DNA of 64,000 nt from Eubacteriales bacterium (GCA_045639125.1 JAZUCL010000010.1:36213-100212); one strand, 5' to 3'; positions 1 to 10,758 are shown, numbered from the stretch's first letter. The notes: a model not told the origin generated them from the sequence alone. Program-made: numbers and translations.

Positions 1-2445
1 CTTATTAGTGACGCACATCTTAAATACTACAAAAAACGTCCGATTATCCTAAGAGATCAGTTGGAAATATATCGTGAAGGTCTTATTGTCGGTTCTGCAT
101 GTGAGTCAGGCGAACTTTTTGAAGCAATCGTCAGAAATCGCCCGTGGGCTGAACTTAGGCGTATGGCAGAGTTTTACGATTACTTGGAAATACAGCCCCT
201 TGGCAATAACCGTTTCATGCTTGAAAAGGGTCTTGCAAAAGACGAGGACGAACTGCGTAATTTCAACGAAACTGTCATGCGTCTTGGACAAGCAACAGGT
301 AAGTTGGTCTGTGCAACAGGTGACGTACATTTCTTAAATCCGGAAGACGAAGTATACCGCCGTATACTCATGGCAGGTCAAGGCTTTGCCGACGCCGATA
401 ATCAAGCACCGCTGTACTTTAAGACTACCGATGAGATGCTTGACGAGTTTTCTTACTTGGGACAAAAACGTGCCTATGAGGTCGTTGTAGAAAACCCCAA
501 CAAAATTGCAGATATGGTTGAAAATATTCGTCCCATACCATCAGGCACATATCCCCCAAGCATTGAAGGCTCCGCTGAGGACTTACAGCGCATCTGCTAT
601 GAAGGTGCACACCGCCTTTACGGTGAACCTCTGTGTAAAGAAATTGCTGACCGTATTGAAGCGGAACTTCAGCCAATTATCAATAACGGCTTTGACGTTA
701 TGTATATGTCGGCACAAAAACTTATAAAGAAGTCAAACGATGCAGGATACTTAGTCGGTTCAAGAGGTAGTGTCGGCTCGTCTGTTGTAGCATACTTCTG
801 TGGCATTTCAGAGGTAAATCCCCTACCTCCCCACTACCATTGTGAAACATGTCACCATATAGAATTCGGTGACAGTCTTATATACGGCTGTGGTGCCGAT
901 ATGCCTGACCGTGAGTGTCCTCACTGCCATAGTAAAATGCAAAAAGACGGATTTAATATCCCCTTCTTTACATTCCTCGGCTTTAAGGCTGAGAAGGAGC
1001 CTGATATTGACTTAAACTTCTCAGGCGAGTATCAGACTCAGGCACATAAAGATTGTGTTGAACTATTTGGTGATGGACAAGTATTCAAGGCCGGTACAAT
1101 AGGTACTATTGCAGATAAAACCGCATACGGTTACGTGCGAAAATACTGTGAAGAACGTGGTCTTAACTTGTCGAAAGCCGAGATGAATAGACTAACTATC
1201 GGCTGTACAGGTGTTAAGCGTACAACTGGTCAGCATCCGGGCGGTTTGATTATCGTACCAAGAGATCGCACAATATATGAGTTTTGCCCCGTTCAGCATC
1301 CCGCTGACGATCCAAACTCTACTATTATTACAACTCATTTTGACTTCCATTCTATCCATGATAATTTGTTGAAACTCGATATGCTCGGTCACGATAACCC
1401 GACCATTATCAAACACCTTGAAGATATGACAGGTGTTAGTGCAACTACAATCCCGTTGGACGATCCTCGTACTATCGGCATTTTTACCGACATTAGAAAT
1501 CTTTACGATACTGACGGAACTCCTATGGAGCCTGATGAACTTCTTGGTGAAACAGGTGTCGCAGCAGTTCCTGAATTTGGTACTCGATTTGCAAGAGGAA
1601 TGTTGCTTGATACACAGCCTAAGAACTTTGACGGCCTTGTTCGTATTTCAGGTCTTTCTCATGGTACTGACGTATGGATGGGTAACGCCGCCGATTTAAT
1701 TAAAGACAAAGTTGCAACTCTTGAAGAGGTAATAAGTGCCCGTGACGATATTACAATGTTTCTTATCGGTAAAGGAATGGATGCTTCTTTGTCATTCAAG
1801 ACAAGCGAGGCAATCCGTAAAGGTAAGGGAATTGTTCCTGAAACTGTAGAAATCATGCAGGAAAAAGGTGTACCTCAATGGTACATCGATTCCTGTCAGA
1901 AAATTAAGTACCTATATCCAAAAGCACACGCCGTCGCATACGTTATGATGGCATTCCGTATTGCGTGGTATAAGGTACACCACCCGCTCCCCTTTTATAG
2001 TGCATACTTTTCTATTCGGGCCGTTGGTTTTGACGCAAATACCATGACAAAAGGTATTGAGCCTGTACGAAAACTGTATCATGAACTTGACTCAAAACCT
2101 GATGCAACGGCAAACGAAAAGGATACTGTAATCACTCTTGAAGTTGTGTATGAGTTCTACAAACGAGGTTTTTCTTTTCAAGGGGTAGATTTATATCGTT
2201 CCGATTCGGAAAAATATATTATTGATGGTAATACTTTAATTCCACCACTCACTTCCCTACCAGGACTCGGACTTGCCGCTGCCCAAAACATCGTAGAAGA
2301 ACGAAAAAATGGAGTCTTCTCCTCAATCGATGAAATCAGTACACGTTGCAGTAAGGTATCCCGTGCAGTTATCGATATTTTAGAAAAAAACGGTGCCCTG
2401 TCAGGCATACCAAAAAGTGATCAGGTCAGTATGTTTGACCTATAA
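1..2445 (+). CDS. polC: DNA polymerase III PolC-type catalytic subunit, C-terminal ~810 aa (5' end lies outside the window)
   Basis: Frame 1 is open from base 1, with no stop before the listed TTG at 61. The translation shows Gram-positive PolC features: a Cys/His cluster HYHCETCHH...CPHCH, GQHPGGLIIVP, KLDMLGHD, and a C-terminal helix-hairpin-helix-like tail. Confidence 0.9.
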   Translation, partial: LISDAHLKYYKKRPIILRDQLEIYREGLIVGSACESGELFEAIVRNRPWAELRRMAEFYDYLEIQPLGNNRFMLEKGLAKDEDELRNFNETVMRLGQATGKLVCATGDVHFLNPEDEVYRRILMAGQGFADADNQAPLYFKTTDEMLDEFSYLGQKRAYEVVVENPNKIADMVENIRPIPSGTYPPSIEGSAEDLQRICYEGAHRLYGEPLCKEIADRIEAELQPIINNGFDVMYMSAQKLIKKSNDAGYLVGSRGSVGSSVVAYFCGISEVNPLPPHYHCETCHHIEFGDSLIYGCGADMPDRECPHCHSKMQKDGFNIPFFTFLGFKAEKEPDIDLNFSGEYQTQAHKDCVELFGDGQVFKAGTIGTIADKTAYGYVRKYCEERGLNLSKAEMNRLTIGCTGVKRTTGQHPGGLIIVPRDRTIYEFCPVQHPADDPNSTIITTHFDFHSIHDNLLKLDMLGHDNPTIIKHLEDMTGVSATTIPLDDPRTIGIFTDIRNLYDTDGTPMEPDELLGETGVAAVPEFGTRFARGMLLDTQPKNFDGLVRISGLSHGTDVWMGNAADLIKDKVATLEEVISARDDITMFLIGKGMDASLSFKTSEAIRKGKGIVPETVEIMQEKGVPQWYIDSCQKIKYLYPKAHAVAYVMMAFRIAWYKVHHPLPFYSAYFSIRAVGFDANTMTKGIEPVRKLYHELDSKPDATANEKDTVITLEVVYEFYKRGFSFQGVDLYRSDSEKYIIDGNTLIPPLTSLPGLGLAAAQNIVEERKNGVFSSIDEISTRCSKVSRAVIDILEKNGALSGIPKSDQVSMFDL

Positions 2446-2679
2446 AATATCGGAAAGGATTGACAATTTTGGCAAATTGGTACGAGCATCTTGTGACCTC
2501 GAATTCTGAAAAATTTACGAAAGTACACGACACCCTAACTAAAATGGGTGTCGTGCATCGCATACGCATACGCTCTTATGAGCCAAAGACTGATAAAAAC
2601 TCCGCCACGCTCTACACAGTATACACCGCTACACCATTCGTTTTGAAAAATAAAAGTTAATTATTATATGAATAAATGT

Positions 2680-2708
2680 TTGACATTTCATTGGAAGTGT
2701 GGTACTAT
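2680..2708 (+). promoter_or_regulatory. Sigma-A type promoter of the his operon
   Basis: TTGACA (2680-2685), 17-nt spacer, TACTAT (2703-2708) preceded by TGG (extended -10). This leaves a ~60-nt leader before hisZ, too short for a T-box. Confidence 0.5.
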
Positions 2709-2773
2709 ATTATCATGTTATCGTATTAGCACGCTAAAGCAATAAATTTCCTGTCAGATAAGGAGCATAAATA

Positions 2774-3952
2774 ATGAAGCAATATGCAATCAGCACACCT
2801 AAAGGTACTAAGGACATACTCTTTGATGAGTGCAGGACGAAACGTGCCGTTGAGCGTAGGTTGTCGGAATTATTTTCCGCAAGAGGCTATGATGAAATAA
2901 TCACTCCTTCTCTTGAGTATTATGACGTATTTTTAGAGTCTGGTACAATCACTCAAGAGGACGTATATAAACTTGTAGATAATACAGGCAGACTTTTGGT
3001 ACTTCGTCCTGATATGACAACACCAATTGCACGTGTTGCGGCAACTCGTCTTGCCGGTGCATCTTTTCCCCAAAGACTTTACTACATACAAGATGTTTTC
3101 CGTACAGGTGGAAGTACTGCAAAGGGTAACGAGTTTACTCAGGCAGGTGTTGAACTTTTAGGTGCTGTCGGTGTTCGTGCCGATACTGAGGTTATTGCCC
3201 TGGCAATTGAGGGACTTAGCCGTGTATCAGGTAAATACAGTGTTGAAATTGGTCATGCAGAGTTTTTTAAGGCACTTGTACGTTCGTTAGGTACTGATGA
3301 TGTCTTTAACGAAGAACTTCGTACTCTTGTTGAGGGAAAGAACTTTGCCGCCCTCAATGATTTACTTGCACCTTATTCCCATCTTCCTGCTTATGAAGCA
3401 TTACGCAGACTTCCCCAGTTGTTTGGTGGTGAGGAAGTATTAGACGAGGCTCTCCAACTTGCAAGAGGTAGTGTAGGTGCAGAGGAGATTGAATATCTTC
3501 GTACTATATTTAAGGAACTTTGTGCCGCAGGATTTGGTGACAATGTTATGATTGACCTTGGTCTTGTTCAGCACATTCACTATTACACAGGTATCGTATT
3601 TAGGGGCTATGCTGACGGAATTGGCGCCAGTGTACTTGACGGTGGTCGATACGATGCGTTGACAGGTCTTTTTGGAAAAGCAATGCCTGCAACAGGTTTT
3701 GCTATCGGTGTTGACGAACTGTGTCGTACTGCTGAAAGGGAAATCCCTGTTACAAAAGACTACCTGCTCCATACAGAGCGTGGATATCTTCGCAAAGCAA
3801 TGGACTATATGGATCGTCATCGTCCTGGGCAATGCGTTCTCTCCCCATTTGAAACGATAGATGATACTATCTCTTTAGCACGTGAGCAGGGTATTCGTTA
3901 CGTTGTCGTTATTGGTGCATCAGGTGCTACTGTTACGGAGGTACAAGTATGA
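2774..3952 (+). CDS. hisZ: ATP phosphoribosyltransferase regulatory subunit (HisRS paralog)
   Basis: 392 aa with a class-II HisRS-like core (KGTKDILFDE, RPDMTTPIARV, YYTGIVFRGY). ATGA overlap with the short-form hisG that follows. AGGAG RBS. Confidence 0.85.
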   Translation: MKQYAISTPKGTKDILFDECRTKRAVERRLSELFSARGYDEIITPSLEYYDVFLESGTITQEDVYKLVDNTGRLLVLRPDMTTPIARVAATRLAGASFPQRLYYIQDVFRTGGSTAKGNEFTQAGVELLGAVGVRADTEVIALAIEGLSRVSGKYSVEIGHAEFFKALVRSLGTDDVFNEELRTLVEGKNFAALNDLLAPYSHLPAYEALRRLPQLFGGEEVLDEALQLARGSVGAEEIEYLRTIFKELCAAGFGDNVMIDLGLVQHIHYYTGIVFRGYADGIGASVLDGGRYDALTGLFGKAMPATGFAIGVDELCRTAEREIPVTKDYLLHTERGYLRKAMDYMDRHRPGQCVLSPFETIDDTISLAREQGIRYVVVIGASGATVTEVQV

Positions 3953-4605
3953 AAACACTAAAAATTGCCCTTACAAAAGGTCGTCTTGAAAAAAAGTCAA
4001 CTGAACTTTTTGAACAGATGGGCTTTGATTGTACCGAACTTCGTGAACCTGGCAGACGACTGCTTTTGACTATTCGTTCAGGTGATGTAGAAATCGAAGC
4101 ATTTTTGGCAAAAGCCCCTGATGTTATCACATACGTTGAACGTGGTGTATGCGATTTGGGTATTGTCGGCAAGGATACTATAATGGAACTTGGCCGTTCA
4201 TTTTATGAAGTTCTTGACCTTGGTTTTGGTAAGTGCCGTTTCGCTCTTGCCACAAAAAAAGGTATGGACTTTTACGCTGACGGATACCGCAACCGAGTAA
4301 TCGGTACAAAGTACCCTGAAGTCACCCGCTCATACTTTGCAAAAAAAGGTATGGATGTAGATATTGTAAAAATTGAGGGTAGTGTTGAACTTGCTCCCCT
4401 GCTCGGTCTTGCCGATGGTATCGTTGACATAGTGGAAACAGGTACGACACTTAAAGAAAACGGCTTGGAGGTTATTGAGGAAGTTGCACCTGTAAGTGCA
4501 AGACTTATCGTAAACCTTGCAAGCATGAAAATGAAGAAAAAAGAGATTTTAACCTTACTTGATGGGTTAAAAGATTGTATTGCAGAGAAAGACGGTGCGA
4601 AATGA
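3949..4605 (+). CDS. hisG: ATP phosphoribosyltransferase, short form
   Basis: 218 aa; ALTKGRL, GIVGKD, DIVETGTTLKENGL. Short HisG co-occurs with HisZ. Confidence 0.9.
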   Translation: MKTLKIALTKGRLEKKSTELFEQMGFDCTELREPGRRLLLTIRSGDVEIEAFLAKAPDVITYVERGVCDLGIVGKDTIMELGRSFYEVLDLGFGKCRFALATKKGMDFYADGYRNRVIGTKYPEVTRSYFAKKGMDVDIVKIEGSVELAPLLGLADGIVDIVETGTTLKENGLEVIEEVAPVSARLIVNLASMKMKKKEILTLLDGLKDCIAEKDGAK

Positions 4606-5885
4606 TAAATTTTGTCTATGCAAACGGCATTGACGAAGTACGTCTTATAGACTCCATGCGTAAACGTGCAACTGAAACGGGCAGTGAAATAGATGCTGCC
4701 GCCGCTTCAATTCTTGCAGATGTACGTGAAAATGGACTTGATGCCGTACAAAAGTATTCAGTAAAATTTGACGGACGTGAGGCGTTTGAGGTATCGCTCA
4801 ATGAACTAAACAGAGCATACAACTCCATTGACGTATCACTTCGTGATTCTCTTATAAATGCTGCAGAAAATATCCGTGCATACCACGAAAAGATGGTGCA
4901 ATCCTCTTGGGAGTGGGATAAGGGTGACGGCAGAATTGTAGGGCAAAAGATACGTGGACTTGCCCGTGTCGGTATCTATGTACCGGGTGGTACTGCGGCA
5001 TATCCGTCAAGTGTTCTTATGAACGCCATTCCTGCGAAAGTTGCAGGCGTTGAAGAGATTATTATGGTTACACCCCCCGGTGCATTCCTAAATGATTCTG
5101 TACTTGCAGCCGCAAAAATCGCAGGCGTTGATAGAGTTATTGCAGTTGGCGGTGTTCAAGCGATTGCCGCACTTACCTATGGTGCAGGCTTTATTCCTCG
5201 TGTTGATAAAATTGTCGGACCCGGAAATGCGTACGTTGCAGCCGCAAAACGTCAAGTTTTCGGATTGGTTGATATTGACATGGTTGCAGGGCCGTCTGAG
5301 GTTTTGATTATCGCAGACGAAACTGCTGACGCTTCAAATATTGCCGCAGACCTTCTAAGTCAAGCGGAGCATGACCGTCTTGCAAGTGCCATAATGGTAA
5401 CTACACATGAGGATCTTGCATATCACGTTACAGCGGAAATTGAACGGCAGATGGCATACCTTTCACGCCGTGATATTATGCGTTCTTCCATTGACGATTT
5501 TGGTGCTTCTATCATTTGTCCTGACATGGATACTTGTATTAGACTCGCAAACGAAATTGCTCCTGAACATCTTGAAATTCTAACTAAGAACCCTCGTCAA
5601 CTGCTACCGTCAATTAAGAATGCAGGTGCAGTTTTCCTTGGTGCTTACACGCCTGAACCTCTTGGTGACTATATGGCAGGTCCAAGCCATGTTTTGCCCA
5701 CTTCAGGAAGTGCAAGATTTTTCTCCCCTCTGTCAGTTGACAGTTTTGTAAAGAAAATGTCTGTTATAGAATACACTCGTGATGCACTTATGGCTACTGC
5801 CGACCAAATTGTTACAGTTGCAAACAACGAGCAACTTACCGCACACGCAAATTCTATTCTTGTACGACAGAATAAATCAAGATAA
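4602..5885 (+). CDS. hisD: Histidinol dehydrogenase
   Basis: Start moved to ATG 4602, which makes an ATGA overlap with the hisG stop; the 9 upstream codons of the track ORF lie inside hisG. Motifs SQAEHD and GPSHVLPTSG. Confidence 0.9.
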   Translation: MINFVYANGIDEVRLIDSMRKRATETGSEIDAAAASILADVRENGLDAVQKYSVKFDGREAFEVSLNELNRAYNSIDVSLRDSLINAAENIRAYHEKMVQSSWEWDKGDGRIVGQKIRGLARVGIYVPGGTAAYPSSVLMNAIPAKVAGVEEIIMVTPPGAFLNDSVLAAAKIAGVDRVIAVGGVQAIAALTYGAGFIPRVDKIVGPGNAYVAAAKRQVFGLVDIDMVAGPSEVLIIADETADASNIAADLLSQAEHDRLASAIMVTTHEDLAYHVTAEIERQMAYLSRRDIMRSSIDDFGASIICPDMDTCIRLANEIAPEHLEILTKNPRQLLPSIKNAGAVFLGAYTPEPLGDYMAGPSHVLPTSGSARFFSPLSVDSFVKKMSVIEYTRDALMATADQIVTVANNEQLTAHANSILVRQNKSR

Positions 5886-5899
5886 AGGATTTATATACC

Positions 5900-6955
5900 A
5901 TGAAAATTGCTCAGAAGTTAAAAAGTCTTTCTCCCTACGACCCTACTATTGATTCCTATGCGGTAAAACTTGATGCAAACGAAAGTCCATACGCTCCTGA
6001 CAGCGATAAACTGACCAAGATATTTGAGAATATATTAAGCACAAGACTCAATCGCTATCCTGACCCATCTTGTGTCGAACTTCGCAATTCGGCGGCTCGT
6101 CTATATGGTGTGTCTGCCGACCAAATTGTGTGTGGAAATGGTTCAGATGAACTTATAAGTGTCATTGTAAACTCTTTTTTGGAACGTGACAGTAAAATCC
6201 TCGTCACTTCACCTGATTTCTCCATGTATGGATTTTACGCACACATTGCAGAGTGTGAAGTCGTTACATTACCTAAAAATGATGAACTAAACTTTTCCGC
6301 TGACGATTTAATTGCTACTGCAAAGCGTGATAATGTGGATATGGTTATCTTCTCCAATCCATGTAATCCAACAGGTCAAGGTATAAAGAGAGAAGATGTG
6401 TTAAAAATTGCGAAATCACTTGACTGCCTTGTGGTAGTTGACGAAGCATACATGGATTTTTGGACTGAGTCAATCCTTGATACCGTATCTACTCTTGACA
6501 ATGTAATTGTATTAAAAACCTGTTCTAAGGCATTTGCCCTTGCAGGTATCCGCCTTGGATTTGCCATCTCCTCTACCCAATTGGCAAGTTATCTAAATCG
6601 TGCAAGATCTCCCTTTAATATAAGTACATTAACTCAGCAAGTGGCAACGGCACTACTTGAAGATGTAGATGGCTTAACTTCTGCAAGTGCAAATCTTGTG
6701 TTGTCACGAATTGAATTGGAATCACTTCTTCGTAACGTTACGGCAAAATATCCTGAACGTATCAAACTAATTGAAACGGTAACAAACTTTGCTCTTTTAT
6801 CTTGCGATGATGCCAAAACGTACTTTAACGAACTTAAAAGTGCAAGTATCTGTGTAAGACTGATACAAAACAAATATCTGCGTATTACAGCAGGAACAAA
6901 GGAAGAAAACGAAATAGTAGCGAAAGCACTTGACGCCGTTCTTTCTACACGTTAA
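5900..6955 (+). CDS. hisC: Histidinol-phosphate aminotransferase
   Basis: 351 aa; KLDANESPY, FSNPCNPTG, PLP-lysine context TCSKAFALAGIRLG. Sits inside the his operon. Confidence 0.85.
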   Translation: MKIAQKLKSLSPYDPTIDSYAVKLDANESPYAPDSDKLTKIFENILSTRLNRYPDPSCVELRNSAARLYGVSADQIVCGNGSDELISVIVNSFLERDSKILVTSPDFSMYGFYAHIAECEVVTLPKNDELNFSADDLIATAKRDNVDMVIFSNPCNPTGQGIKREDVLKIAKSLDCLVVVDEAYMDFWTESILDTVSTLDNVIVLKTCSKAFALAGIRLGFAISSTQLASYLNRARSPFNISTLTQQVATALLEDVDGLTSASANLVLSRIELESLLRNVTAKYPERIKLIETVTNFALLSCDDAKTYFNELKSASICVRLIQNKYLRITAGTKEENEIVAKALDAVLSTR

Positions 6956-6999
6956 ACTATATTCGTACAAACGATTTTAATCCGAAAGGAACAAAGATT

Positions 7000-7575
7000 A
7001 TGAGAAGTGCATCAATTACACGAACAACGAAAGAAACAGATATTGCCTTATCTATTTGCCTTGACGGCGGTGACATTTGCGTTAATACAGGCGTTGGTTT
7101 TTTCGACCACATGCTTACAGCATTTGCCGTACACGGCGGTTTTGGATTGTCTGTAACGGTAAATGGTGATTTGGACGTTGATTGCCACCACACTATTGAG
7201 GATACAGGTATTGTTCTTGGACAGGCAATTTGTAAGGCACTTGGTACGAAGTCGGGTATTGCTCGTTTTGGCACAAGTTATGTACCTATGGACGAGGCAC
7301 TTGGTTTTTGTGCATTAGACTTGTCAAATCGTCCTTATCTCGTCTTTGATGCCAACTTTACATCTCCTATGGTGGGTGCTTATGATACACAAATGAGTGA
7401 GGAGTTTTTCCGTGCAGTTGCGGTAAACGCAGGAATTACTCTGCATCTTCGTTGTGAATATGGTAAAAACGACCACCATATCACAGAAAGTCTTTATAAG
7501 GCATTTGCACGTGCATTAAAATCTGCTGTAAAGTGCGAGGGTGACAGTGTCCTGTCCTCTAAGGGCGTGCTGTAA
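7000..7575 (+). CDS. hisB: Imidazoleglycerol-phosphate dehydratase
   Basis: 191 aa with the two metal-binding motifs DCHHTIED and NDHHITES. Monofunctional; no phosphatase domain. Confidence 0.9.
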   Translation: MRSASITRTTKETDIALSICLDGGDICVNTGVGFFDHMLTAFAVHGGFGLSVTVNGDLDVDCHHTIEDTGIVLGQAICKALGTKSGIARFGTSYVPMDEALGFCALDLSNRPYLVFDANFTSPMVGAYDTQMSEEFFRAVAVNAGITLHLRCEYGKNDHHITESLYKAFARALKSAVKCEGDSVLSSKGVL

Positions 7576-7588
7576 GAAAGGTAAAACT

Positions 7589-8194
7589 ATGGCAAATATA
7601 GCAATTATCGATTATGGTGCAGGCAATCTGCAAAGTGTATCAAACGCTTTACAGTTTATCGGTGCTAAGTGTAATATTACATCATCTACTGACGAGATTC
7701 GCCGTGCTGACGCTTTAATACTGCCGGGTGTCGGTGCATTCCCTGATGCAATGAATGCTCTTAACAATTCAAATCTTATATCAATAATTTGTGAAGAAGC
7801 CACGTCAAAGCCATTTCTTGGCATCTGTCTTGGTATGCAAGTACTGTTTTCCAAGGGCTATGAAGGAACTGAAACTGCTGGTCTTAATCTTCTTAGCGGT
7901 CGTGTCGAAAAAATCAATACGGATCTTAAATTACCGCAAATTGGTTGGAATTCCTTGAATATTATAAAACCCTGTCCTTTAACTAAAGGTCTTTCAGGTG
8001 GCGAATACGTGTATTTTGTTCACAGTTATCGTGCTGTCGTTGATAATCGTGACGACTTGTGTGCTGTATGCGATTATAACGCTGAAATCACCGCAATTAC
8101 AGCAAAAGACAACTTGTTCGGTTGTCAGTTCCACCCGGAAAAAAGTGGCGATGTAGGGCTTCATATTCTTAAAAACTTCGTATCTTTAGTGTAA
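7589..8194 (+). CDS. hisH: Imidazole glycerol phosphate synthase, glutaminase subunit
   Basis: Start at ATG 7589 (MANIAIIDYG) after AAGG. ILPGVGAF, GICLGMQ (Cys nucleophile), QFHPEKS. Confidence 0.9.
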   Translation: MANIAIIDYGAGNLQSVSNALQFIGAKCNITSSTDEIRRADALILPGVGAFPDAMNALNNSNLISIICEEATSKPFLGICLGMQVLFSKGYEGTETAGLNLLSGRVEKINTDLKLPQIGWNSLNIIKPCPLTKGLSGGEYVYFVHSYRAVVDNRDDLCAVCDYNAEITAITAKDNLFGCQFHPEKSGDVGLHILKNFVSLV

Positions 8195-8216
8195 CTTTCC
8201 TTAAAGGAGAATACAA

Positions 8217-8936
8217 ATGATTATCTTACCTGCAATCGACTTAAAGGACGGCAAGTGTGTACGTCTTTATAAGGGCGATTTTGATACTGTACATACTGTT
8301 GCAGACAGTGCTGTAGATACGGCACGTTATTTCGTTTCATGTGGTGCAGAAATGATACACATGGTAGATTTAGACGGTGCAAAAACTGGTGACGGCAAGA
8401 ACTTAGAGGTTGTCCGTTCTGTCATTGATGAGGTTGGTGTAAAAGTTGAACTTGGTGGCGGTATGCGTACCATGTCAGACATTGACCGAGCAATCGAATT
8501 AGGAGTCAGCCGAGTAATTATCGGCTCTGCCGCCGTTAAGAATCCCCAATTAGTTAAAGAAGCAGTTAATAAGTACGGTGATCAAATTGCCGTTGGTATT
8601 GATGCTTTAGGCGGTAGTGTTCGTACAGAGGGTTGGATTGAAAATTCAGGTCTTGACTACATTGAATTTTCTAAGTTGATGGCATCTTTTGGTGTTAAAA
8701 CTATCATCTTCACCGACATCGACAAGGACGGATTACAAGAAGGTCCGTCATTTGACGCTCTTAAACGTCTGCGTAACGAGGTAGATTGTGCTATTGTGGC
8801 AAGCGGCGGTGTCACCACTCTTTCAGACATTGAAAGACTTCGTGATATGGGCATTGAATATGCAATTGCAGGCAAAGCAGTTTATGCAGGCACTCTCGAC
8901 TTAAAAAAAGCAGTTTTAATCGGAGGTGGGAAATAG
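8217..8936 (+). CDS. hisA: ProFAR isomerase
   Basis: [24 protein letters not shown], (beta/alpha)8 HisA pattern; AGGAG RBS. Confidence 0.9.
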   Translation: MIILPAIDLKDGKCVRLYKGDFDTVHTVADSAVDTARYFVSCGAEMIHMVDLDGAKTGDGKNLEVVRSVIDEVGVKVELGGGMRTMSDIDRAIELGVSRVIIGSAAVKNPQLVKEAVNKYGDQIAVGIDALGGSVRTEGWIENSGLDYIEFSKLMASFGVKTIIFTDIDKDGLQEGPSFDALKRLRNEVDCAIVASGGVTTLSDIERLRDMGIEYAIAGKAVYAGTLDLKKAVLIGGGK

Positions 8937-9694
8937 TGCTTGCGAAACGTATTATCCCCTGCCTCGATGTTCACATGGGACGTGTCGTTAAAGGCGTAAA
9001 TTTCGTCAATCTCCGTGATGCAGGTGACCCTGTTGAACTTGCAAAGTTTTACAGTCAGCAAGGTGCAGATGAAATCGTATTTCTTGATATCACAGCGACT
9101 CATGAGGCTCGTTCAACTATGGTTGACGTTATCTCCCGTACCGCAGAAAATGTATTTGTTCCCCTTACAGTAGGTGGCGGTATTCGTACTGTTGATGATT
9201 TTAAGGAGATACTTCGTGCAGGTGCTGACAAAATATCGGTAAACTCAGCCGCTGTTCGTGATAAGTACCTTATTTTACGTGGTGCGGAGCGTTTTGGCAG
9301 TCAGTGCGTAGTTCTTGCCATCGATGCTAAACGCAATGCACAAGGACGATTTGAGGTCGTAATCAATGGCGGTCGAGTATTTACAGGTCTTGATGCAGTT
9401 GAATGGGCAGTAGAGGGTGCACGTCTTGGTGCCGGTGAAATTCTGCTTACTTCTATGGATGCTGACGGTACAAAATCAGGCTTTGATATCGAACTAACTC
9501 AGGCCATTGTAAAAGAGGTCAACGTGCCTGTAATCATGTCAGGCGGTTGTGGTTCTTTGGAGCATTTCTACGACGGATTTACTTATGGCGGAGGTGATGC
9601 GGCTCTTGCTGCAACGCTGTTCCATTACGGTGAATTGACGGTACCACAAGTCAAAGACTATCTCGCTACACGTGGTATTGATGTCAGAAAATAA
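8936..9694 (+). CDS. hisF: Imidazole glycerol phosphate synthase, cyclase subunit
   Basis: GTG start overlaps the hisA TAG by 1 nt. [26 protein letters not shown]. Confidence 0.9.
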   Translation: MLAKRIIPCLDVHMGRVVKGVNFVNLRDAGDPVELAKFYSQQGADEIVFLDITATHEARSTMVDVISRTAENVFVPLTVGGGIRTVDDFKEILRAGADKISVNSAAVRDKYLILRGAERFGSQCVVLAIDAKRNAQGRFEVVINGGRVFTGLDAVEWAVEGARLGAGEILLTSMDADGTKSGFDIELTQAIVKEVNVPVIMSGGCGSLEHFYDGFTYGGGDAALAATLFHYGELTVPQVKDYLATRGIDVRK

Positions 9695-9716
9695 CATTTT
9701 AGTAAGGATTGATAAC

Positions 9717-10031
9717 ATGGACACTTCCATATTTTTCAAAAAATCCCCCTTAATTCCTGCCATCGTACAAGACGCTGAAACAAAGCAGGTTTTAATGCTT
9801 GGTTATGTAAATGAGGAGGCACTTCGTTTAACGCTTGAAACAAAAACAGCGTGGTTCTTCTCACGAAGCCGTCAGAAACTTTGGAATAAGGGTGAAAGTT
9901 CAGGCAATTTTCTCCATATAGTTTCTGTCTATGGTGACTGCGATGATGACACTATTTTATACATAGCAAACCCTGTCGGTCCGACTTGTCACACGGGCAA
10001 AACAAGTTGTTTCTTTAATCAAATACTCTAA
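9717..10031 (+). CDS. hisI: Phosphoribosyl-AMP cyclohydrolase
   Basis: Start at ATG 9717 after AAGGA; the track start 9672 would overlap hisF. WFFSRSRQKLWNKGESSGN, CDDDT, PTCHTGKTSCF. Confidence 0.85.
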   Translation: MDTSIFFKKSPLIPAIVQDAETKQVLMLGYVNEEALRLTLETKTAWFFSRSRQKLWNKGESSGNFLHIVSVYGDCDDDTILYIANPVGPTCHTGKTSCFFNQIL

Positions 10032-10051
10032 TATTGAAAGGATGGATAAAA

Positions 10052-10378
10052 ATGGCAAATCCTATGACTGAGTTATATGAGGTAGTTTCTGACCGTAAAG
10101 TAAATCCACAAAAAGACTCTTACACTTGCTATCTATTTGAGAAAGGCATTGACAAAATATTAAAGAAGATCGGTGAGGAAGCAAGCGAAACGATCATTGC
10201 CGCAAAGAATAAGGATAATCAGGAACTAACAATGGAAATCTGCGACCTGTTATACCATCTAACCGTTTTAATGGTAAATGAGGGTGTCAAATTAGAGGAC
10301 GTTGAAGAGGAACTTACAAAGCGTAGTGCAAAGATAGGAAACCTCAAAACATTCCACGTAAGTGATCACAACACATAA
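10052..10378 (+). CDS. hisE: Phosphoribosyl-ATP pyrophosphatase
   Basis: Start at ATG 10052 after AAAGGA. MazG-like helical protein (SYTCYLFEKGIDKILKKIGEEASE). A separate gene, not fused to hisI. Confidence 0.85.
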   Translation: MANPMTELYEVVSDRKVNPQKDSYTCYLFEKGIDKILKKIGEEASETIIAAKNKDNQELTMEICDLLYHLTVLMVNEGVKLEDVEEELTKRSAKIGNLKTFHVSDHNT

Positions 10379-10385
10379 GATACAT

Positions 10386-10420
10386 TAACCCCGCCTCGGT
10401 TACATACCGAGGCGGGGTTA
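10386..10420. terminator. Bidirectional intrinsic terminator between hisE and the convergent membrane-protein gene
   Basis: Perfect GC-rich inverted repeat TAACCCCGCCTCGG / CCGAGGCGGGGTTA with a 7-nt loop. Confidence 0.7.
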
Positions 10421-10422
10421 AC

Positions 10423-10743
10423 TTATCTCTCAATCTTTCCGTTCTTCACAGTTACAATAACCAAAGTAATAATCAATACTGGAATCCACCAAAACAGACC
10501 GTAAGTTGCACCTACACCGTAATTGATATACGCACCGTTATCGTAATAGAAAAGTGCCCATGCAAAGTCAATTACAACTTCTGCAATCAGTAAGCCGATA
10601 AGCATTGTCTTTTTGCCCTGCTTTGTGCGATTTTGTTTGATTAAAAAACCAATGCCCAAATACGCAGCAACACAGATAACCCAGAACAAAAGCCAGATTT
10701 CAGCACCGTGTACATTCGATAATGAATATATAGCAGTTACCAC
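10423..10743 (-). CDS. Small integral membrane protein, unknown function
   Basis: 106 aa with three hydrophobic helices. Ends at the shared terminator. Confidence 0.5.
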   Translation of the reverse strand: MVTAIYSLSNVHGAEIWLLFWVICVAAYLGIGFLIKQNRTKQGKKTMLIGLLIAEVVIDFAWALFYYDNGAYINYGVGATYGLFWWIPVLIITLVIVTVKNGKIER

Positions 10744-10758
10744 TTAATTACACTCCCC

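Noticed and set aside
2460-2660. 66-aa ORF between polC and hisZ
   Set aside because: The TTG start directly abuts the only SD-like sequence. No recognisable protein features. The region is treated as non-coding (see finding).
2709-2773. T-box or attenuator leader searched for upstream of the his operon, and likewise upstream of leuS (14305-14326) and gltX (53329-53368)
   Set aside because: These leaders are only ~20-65 nt long and contain no T-box sequence or terminator/antiterminator pair. The only T-box found is at 41463-41750.
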